A DNA stretch of 64,000 nt from Bacillota bacterium (GTDB taxonomy: Bacteria > Bacillota_I > Bacilli_A > Erysipelotrichales > Erysipelotrichaceae): assembly GCA_023388995.1 (NCBI GenBank), contig JAEWFD010000045.1, forward strand, positions 44,497 through 108,496, given 5' to 3'. Below, one piece after another: positions 58,794 to 64,000 of the stretch (position 1 is its first letter; the number at the start of each line of letters is the position of its first letter). A model generated the notes under the pieces. It made no database searches. It was not told the DNA's origin and saw nothing but the letters and a program-made list of their open reading frames with translations. A program made the translations under genes and the position numbers.

Positions 58794-59633
58794 TTAAATT
58801 GCAATAATTCGGTTCGCTCCGTAAGCATGGGCCATAGCTGCAAATTTTTTCAATTCTTCTTCACTGGTTGTGCGATTGCCAAAAAAGGCTAATCCTTCAT
58901 CACGTACCCCATAAGGACGATACCGGATCAATTTATAGTCACATTGATCCTGAATCAGGGCAGCAACTGCACTTACCGTACGTTCATTTTGCAAATCCAT
59001 TCCAGGATATAAGATGGTGCGCACTTCCGTCAGTTTCCCGGCACTCAGCAAATAGCGCAAATTATGCAATACCATGGCATTCGACGAACCGGTGATCTCC
59101 TCATGAAATTTCGCGTCAAAAGCCTTCACATCAAGCATCACGCCATCACACTGCGCCAGCAAAGATGAGTACTTGGCAAAATCATAAGCACCATTGCTGT
59201 CAATTAAACAAGTCAGTCCTAATGCTTGCACTTTAGGAAATAATTCCTCTAAAAACCAGGCGTGATTCATGCATTCCCCGCCGCTGACGGTAATTCCCCG
59301 AATAAAAGGCTGCACCTTCTTAATTTCGGCAAGCACTTCTTCTGCGTCCATGTAGCGAATCTTAGGTGATGCCATATGCGGACACACTTTAATACAGGTA
59401 TCACAATCAATGCATACTGTCGGATCCCACACAACTTTTCCATTTTGCATTGCAAGTGCACCGCTTGGACAAGTTGGCACGCAAATTCCGCAGTGTATGC
59501 AGGGATTAATCGTTTCCGGATTATGACAGAATAAGCAGGTAAAAGGACAAGTCTGAAAAAAGATGGAAAGGCGGTTGCCTGCTCCATCTACATTAGAAAA
59601 AGGAATAATCTTATTAATGGCGGCTTTCTTCAT
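58794..59633 (-). CDS. yjjW: YjjW-family glycyl-radical enzyme activase (radical SAM)
   Basis: CPFTCLFCHNPE (CX3CX2C) followed by two ferredoxin-like Cys clusters (CIHCGICVPTC, CIDCDTCIKVC). Start at ATG 59631-59633. 20-nt overlap with yjjI. Confidence 0.8.
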   Translation of the reverse strand: MKKAAINKIIPFSNVDGAGNRLSIFFQTCPFTCLFCHNPETINPCIHCGICVPTCPSGALAMQNGKVVWDPTVCIDCDTCIKVCPHMASPKIRYMDAEEVLAEIKKVQPFIRGITVSGGECMNHAWFLEELFPKVQALGLTCLIDSNGAYDFAKYSSLLAQCDGVMLDVKAFDAKFHEEITGSSNAMVLHNLRYLLSAGKLTEVRTILYPGMDLQNERTVSAVAALIQDQCDYKLIRYRPYGVRDEGLAFFGNRTTSEEELKKFAAMAHAYGANRIIAI

Positions 59634-61125
59634 CTTGGACCTTTCTGTCAAGAGCATGTGCCGTATTCCGTGCACCTTGTCCAAATACAGAAACCTGATT
59701 GATGCTCTGCTCACCCTTGTCCAATTTTGCAAGTTCGCTCTTTTTCACTAGATAGCCAGTGACGCGAACAACATCGCTGCTTTCCAAATATCCGCTGAAA
59801 TAGCGCATTCCAGCTTTATGAGCACCTTTGATAATGTCCAGCAATGCTGCCGGGGAATTTTTCCAGGTTTCGTCAAACTTAAAGATATCACCAATCCCTG
59901 AAGGGAAGTATTTATGGAATTTTGTGGAATGCATGATTTGCTTCGGCATTGCAGGTTCCATGAAAACCGGAATCCGGCATCCCGGTGAATTGTCCATATT
60001 ATCGGAATCAATTCCTACCTGGGCATGCAGAATATGATGATGATCAAATGCATCGCAATATTTTGTTTTATGAGAAAGAACCTGTTGTTCAAGTGCATCC
60101 ATGATACGGACACCTAGAGCATCACAGGCGTCATTATGTCCATAGCCTTTCTTCGGATCAGTTACACCCATCAATTGGTTGACACATTCGGCCATTCCAA
60201 CAACACCAAACAATCCTACAAAACGATCTTGGTGGATGAAGCCTTCTTTCACTAAGAAGTTGCTCTTGAAAAAAGCACTTTTCTCAACAATAAATGCAAT
60301 GCGGTCATCCATATGCTTCAACATCACATCGGTGTAATACGGCAAAATGCGATTGATAAAATCCTCGGCATCCTTTGCTTCTTTCGCCATGGTTGCCAAT
60401 CTGACCCGTGGCAGCGTAAATCCACCGCCGCCAATCAGCAAGCCGTTGTAGCAGCTTACTACGCTATATGGACGATTAGCAAAGTCTTTTAAGAACATCG
60501 GATTGTTCGCAAAGCTTGGTTTCGCTGTTTCCAGCATAACTGAAATGGCATGTTCTGCACTGCTGTTGGTTGTAATAGATTCATCATACAGCAAAGTTAG
60601 GTTGGGAATTGCCAGCTGCAATTCTCTCGTCAAGTCAAGAATAATTTCTCCAGCTTTGGTAATCTTCGGACCAAGATTTGCATGTACAAAAGAATCCGTC
60701 AATGTTCTGTCAATATGAATCAGGAATAGTTTCAAAGCTTTGCGCGCTTCTTCTTCATCCTTGATAAATGGTGCAAACAACTCGTCGAAATTTCCTAAAT
60801 ACACCGGAAAAGTTGTAATCGATGGTACATGTTTATATAGAATCAATAAAGCGTTGGTAGCTTCCCAAATATCAGTCGGCTTTTCAATATTCAAAAAGCG
60901 GCTCCCTTGTTCCATCAGTACTGCATAATCCGGAGCAATGTAACGCGGGCGGTATGGCATAACACCTTCATTCAAATCGCAAATAATGCCCTTTTCTTTT
61001 GCGGCTAAAAAGGCTTCTGATTGCACCAATGTTGTGTCGGTACTTTCGCCCAACCCAGCCAAAGCCTTCAACTGCTGATCGTAGGTCAATGCTGTATTGC
61101 TGATAATCTCAAATGCTTTGCTCAT
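59614..61125 (-). CDS. yjjI: YjjI-family glycine radical enzyme (DUF3029)
   Basis: About 503 aa with the C-terminal glycyl-radical fingerprint VVRVTGYLV, paired with the YjjW activase. Start at ATG 61123-61125, with SD GAGGAGGA lying inside the ftsK 3' end. Confidence 0.8.
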   Translation of the reverse strand: MSKAFEIISNTALTYDQQLKALAGLGESTDTTLVQSEAFLAAKEKGIICDLNEGVMPYRPRYIAPDYAVLMEQGSRFLNIEKPTDIWEATNALLILYKHVPSITTFPVYLGNFDELFAPFIKDEEEARKALKLFLIHIDRTLTDSFVHANLGPKITKAGEIILDLTRELQLAIPNLTLLYDESITTNSSAEHAISVMLETAKPSFANNPMFLKDFANRPYSVVSCYNGLLIGGGGFTLPRVRLATMAKEAKDAEDFINRILPYYTDVMLKHMDDRIAFIVEKSAFFKSNFLVKEGFIHQDRFVGLFGVVGMAECVNQLMGVTDPKKGYGHNDACDALGVRIMDALEQQVLSHKTKYCDAFDHHHILHAQVGIDSDNMDNSPGCRIPVFMEPAMPKQIMHSTKFHKYFPSGIGDIFKFDETWKNSPAALLDIIKGAHKAGMRYFSGYLESSDVVRVTGYLVKKSELAKLDKGEQSINQVSVFGQGARNTAHALDRKVQDEESRH

Positions 61126-61126
61126 A

Positions 61127-63373
61127 TTAATCCTCCTCTTCTGATTGTGATCCTTTGACATACACCTCGCGGGGCTTGCTGCCAATATTCGGGCCAATGA
61201 TACTGTTTTCTTCCAGTAAATCTATAATTCTGGCAGCTCGGTTATATCCTATGCCAAACCTGCGCTGCAACAATGAAGTGCTTGCTTTTTGGGTTTGAAT
61301 CACAAATTCCTTTGCTTCCGGATATAGTGCATCCTTTTCTGCCGCTTCTTCTCTTTCCCCTGTCGGGCAAGAAGGAGGCTGGAAGGTTTTATCATACACC
61401 GGTTTTGCCTGCGACTTGGCGTATTCACAAATAGAAGCAACTTCCTGGTCGGAAACATAGACCCCTTGAATGCGTGTTGCGCTTGGTTCTCCAATAGGAA
61501 TATACAACATATCTCCATATCCTAGCAAGCGTTCTGCTCCGGTTTGATCCAGGATCGTCCTTGAATCAACGGCAGAACTTACAGCAAACGCAATACGTGA
61601 CGGAATGTTGGCTTTGATGATACCGGTAATGACATCCACCGATGGGCGCTGAGTAGCAACAATCAAATGGATGCCGGCAGCACGCGCCAGCTGGGTAATA
61701 CGCTGAATGCTTGCTTCCACTTCCTTGGCCGCAACCATCATCAAGTCTGCAAGCTCATCGATAATCACAACAATATACGGCAACGGCTTACGAGAATCGC
61801 CAAAGCCATTGATATACACTTTTTCATTATAGGATGCTATGTTCCGAACCCCTGCTTCCGAAAACAGTTCATAGCGTCCTTCCATCATCTCAACCACCAC
61901 TTTTAAGCCGTTGGCTGCTTCTTTCGCATCATTGATGACCGGTGTCAAAAGGTGCGGAATACCATGGTAAGCAGTAAACTCAACACGCTTCGGATCAACC
62001 AGCACCAATTTCACTTCCTGCGGCGTACAGCGCATTAAAAGTGATGTAATCATGGCATTCATGCAAACAGATTTCCCGCTTCCGGTAGCACCCGCTACCA
62101 GTAAATGCGGCATTTTATCCAATTCGCCGTAAATAGGCTGCCCCATAATATTCTTTCCAAGTGCCACCAATAATTTCTTACTAGCTAGATTGGTCGGAAT
62201 ATTGACAAGCAATTCATGCATTTTAACGATGGTGCTCTCCGCATTCGGAATTTCAATGCCCACCGCTGATTTTCCCGGAATTGGCGCCTCAATCCGTATA
62301 TCTTTCGCAGCTAAAGCCATCTTGATGTCATCTTGCAGCGAAGCAATCCTGCTCACCCGCACACCGCTTTCCGGCTTGATTTCAAACTTAGTAACACTTG
62401 GTCCGATATGCGTATCTGTCAACGAAGATGCAATCCCGAACTGCGATAATATCTCTACAACCCGCTGCCCGTTTGCTTTCGCATTCGCCGCATTGGCTTT
62501 GGAACCATTCTTGGCAGAAGATACTTCCAGCAACGACATCTTTGGCAGCTCATATGGTTTTCCATCACTATCGTCATGGACCGCAGGAATCACCCGTTCA
62601 ACCACTTCCGGCTTAGTTTCTTCCGGTTCTACGATATGAATTGTGGTTGGTTTTGGTTCATCCTCCAATTCAAAAGCAAAAAATGGTTTACCATGAGATT
62701 TAATATCATCTTCCTCAAAGTCAAATAACTTTGCTTTGCTTTTTTCCTTAGCTTTTTCTTTCTTTTTGCGTGAATCATCATCCATCTTTCCTTCCATATA
62801 TTGCATAGGAATCTGAATGAAGGAACGCACTTTACCAAGAAGATCACGGAATTTCTTTTGATCAAACAGCAATAGCACACTAAGCAGCGTTAACGCTCCA
62901 ATCACAATATAGGTACCAATACGGGCAAACAGCAAGGAAGTTAAGGAGTACAGAAAGTTTCCGATAATACCTCCCTTGGCCGCAATTTCGCCATCTAAAA
63001 TTTCACTGGTTTCTTTCAAAAAATTGGACAATGTCTGAAAACCCACCAAATTGGGATCATCCGGTATAGCACTCCATAAAATCCATGCCAGCAAAATAAC
63101 GAAAAGGGACATCATCGTCCGCGATGCCCAATTCGGTACTTTTCTTTTCCAAAGCAACACAATTCCTAATGCCAATAACACCCCGTAAATAACACCATAC
63201 AATGTACCTACCAAATACTGCATTGCAATACTGAGAAAACTGCCAACTACTCCCAGCCGCATCATGCCGATCAACGACAGAACAATCACGATGAGAGCAT
63301 ACAAATACAAGAGGATGTCTTGCTCCAGCTTTGATTTTTTGGGTTTCCCTTGTCGTTTCTTTACTTTAGCCAA
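61127..63373 (-). CDS. ftsK: DNA translocase FtsK/SpoIIIE
   Basis: N-terminal TM segments, a linker, motor domain with Walker A GATGSGKS, and a C-terminal gamma (winged-helix) domain. Confidence 0.95.
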   Translation of the reverse strand: MAKVKKRQGKPKKSKLEQDILLYLYALIVIVLSLIGMMRLGVVGSFLSIAMQYLVGTLYGVIYGVLLALGIVLLWKRKVPNWASRTMMSLFVILLAWILWSAIPDDPNLVGFQTLSNFLKETSEILDGEIAAKGGIIGNFLYSLTSLLFARIGTYIVIGALTLLSVLLLFDQKKFRDLLGKVRSFIQIPMQYMEGKMDDDSRKKKEKAKEKSKAKLFDFEEDDIKSHGKPFFAFELEDEPKPTTIHIVEPEETKPEVVERVIPAVHDDSDGKPYELPKMSLLEVSSAKNGSKANAANAKANGQRVVEILSQFGIASSLTDTHIGPSVTKFEIKPESGVRVSRIASLQDDIKMALAAKDIRIEAPIPGKSAVGIEIPNAESTIVKMHELLVNIPTNLASKKLLVALGKNIMGQPIYGELDKMPHLLVAGATGSGKSVCMNAMITSLLMRCTPQEVKLVLVDPKRVEFTAYHGIPHLLTPVINDAKEAANGLKVVVEMMEGRYELFSEAGVRNIASYNEKVYINGFGDSRKPLPYIVVIIDELADLMMVAAKEVEASIQRITQLARAAGIHLIVATQRPSVDVITGIIKANIPSRIAFAVSSAVDSRTILDQTGAERLLGYGDMLYIPIGEPSATRIQGVYVSDQEVASICEYAKSQAKPVYDKTFQPPSCPTGEREEAAEKDALYPEAKEFVIQTQKASTSLLQRRFGIGYNRAARIIDLLEENSIIGPNIGSKPREVYVKGSQSEEED

Positions 63374-63391
63374 AACGAACCCCTCCCACTT

Positions 63392-64000
63392 TTACAAGTT
63401 AATTTCGATAATAGACGGCAAGATCATTGGACGCTTGCCCGTTTCTTTCAGCACATACTTTTGAATTTTTTCTTTTGCATCCATTCGACATGCCATATTT
63501 TCATATTGTTTTTTGCTGACTGCATCCACAATCGTATCTTCCATCAGCTGCGAAATAGAACTTACAATATGATCCGCATCCTTCAGATAGATAAAACCGC
63601 GCATCTGCACATCCGGTCCGCCGACCACTTGCTTCGTCTTGAAGTCAATGACAACACCTACAATAATCGCACCATCAGTAGATAGCTGCTCGCGATCTTT
63701 AATGACATAACCCGATAAATCCCATTCATCGCTGCCATCAATCAAGACTTCGCCAACCGGTACACTTTGCGCCGTTGACTTCAGGACACTCTTATCAAAT
63801 GATGCAACTTGGCCATTGTCAAGAACAATGATGCGATCTGGCGTATAACCCATAGAAGTGGCGATATTCGCATTTTCAATCAGCTGGCGGTATTCACCCT
63901 TAATTGGCAAATAGTAGCGCGGTTTCAGCAAATAGATCATCATCTTCAGATCTTCCTGCGATGCATGCATGGAATATACTTGTTTTGGTGACAAGGTTAC
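63392..64000 (-). CDS. rnj: Ribonuclease J, C-terminal part (N-terminus lies outside the window)
   Basis: The reading frame is open to the window end. HASQEDLKMM...KPRYYLPIKGEYR and the C-terminal domain are typical of RNase J. Synteny with ftsK as in Bacillus (rnjB-spoIIIE). Confidence 0.8.
   Translation of the reverse strand, partial: VTLSPKQVYSMHASQEDLKMMIYLLKPRYYLPIKGEYRQLIENANIATSMGYTPDRIIVLDNGQVASFDKSVLKSTAQSVPVGEVLIDGSDEWDLSGYVIKDREQLSTDGAIIVGVVIDFKTKQVVGGPDVQMRGFIYLKDADHIVSSISQLMEDTIVDAVSKKQYENMACRMDAKEKIQKYVLKETGKRPMILPSIIEINL

Noticed and set aside
1-64000. Alternative genetic code (TGA as Trp or TAG as sense) as an explanation for the interrupted genes
   Set aside because: TGA and TAG both terminate conserved genes at their expected lengths here. 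TGA ends the MBL hydrolase, S51, rsmE and spoIIAA genes. TAG ends recO and dacF. Standard code 11 fits the window.
1-64000. CRISPR arrays, rRNA or tRNA genes, and large tandem repeats
   Set aside because: I saw no regularly spaced direct repeats and no tRNA- or rRNA-like sequence by eye in the intergenic regions. The only repeat families are the IS subterminal motifs and the LysM duplication. A tRNAscan or Infernal run would be needed to exclude small ncRNAs.

Overview
This 64 kb chromosomal segment comes from a low-GC, spore-forming Firmicute. Almost all genes are on the minus strand.

Gene order closely follows two Bacillus subtilis regions:
- The yqf/yqe region: comGA-GF, rpmG, ispG, yqfT, nfo, cshB, yqfQ, ispH, trmK, sigA, dnaG, glyQS, recO, era, cdd, dgkA, ybeY, phoH, yqfD, yqfC, rpsU, then mtaB and rsmE.
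- The ymf/spoIIIE and spoIIA regions: RNase J, ftsK, M16 peptidase pair, dacF, spoIIAA-spoIIAB-sigF.

Single-chain glyQS and CIRCE-controlled clpB hint at an Erysipelotrichia-like lineage, but that is inference only.

I found no rRNA, tRNA or CRISPR array.

The non-syntenic (accessory) parts are:
- nadR-like plus a minimal C39-like peptidase gene, sitting where Bacillus has pgpH.
- A roughly 10 kb block between rpsU and mtaB. It holds a 0.9 kb decayed gap, ferritin, a NUDIX/uvrA2/S51/uvsE damage cluster, a complete ISL3 element with target-site duplication, a Zn-ribbon-YbjQ gene, deoC and murE.
- An orphan 256-aa gene wedged inside rsmE-mtaB.
- A low-GC P-loop kinase islet.
- A low-GC RhuM islet splitting dacF from spoIIA.
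- A yjjI-yjjW glycyl-radical enzyme pair fused transcriptionally to ftsK.

Two genes look disrupted. The SleC-like germination lytic enzyme has an in-frame TAG, and the UvrA paralogue has a 1-nt frameshift.

I do not see a convincing new multi-gene system such as a defence island. The best leads are the uncharacterised YjjI/YjjW pair in a new context, the C39-like/NadR replacement, the rsmE-mtaB orphan and the two disrupted genes.

Motif, promoter and terminator coordinates were hand-counted and anchored to the ORF track. Treat them as accurate to +/-2 nt.
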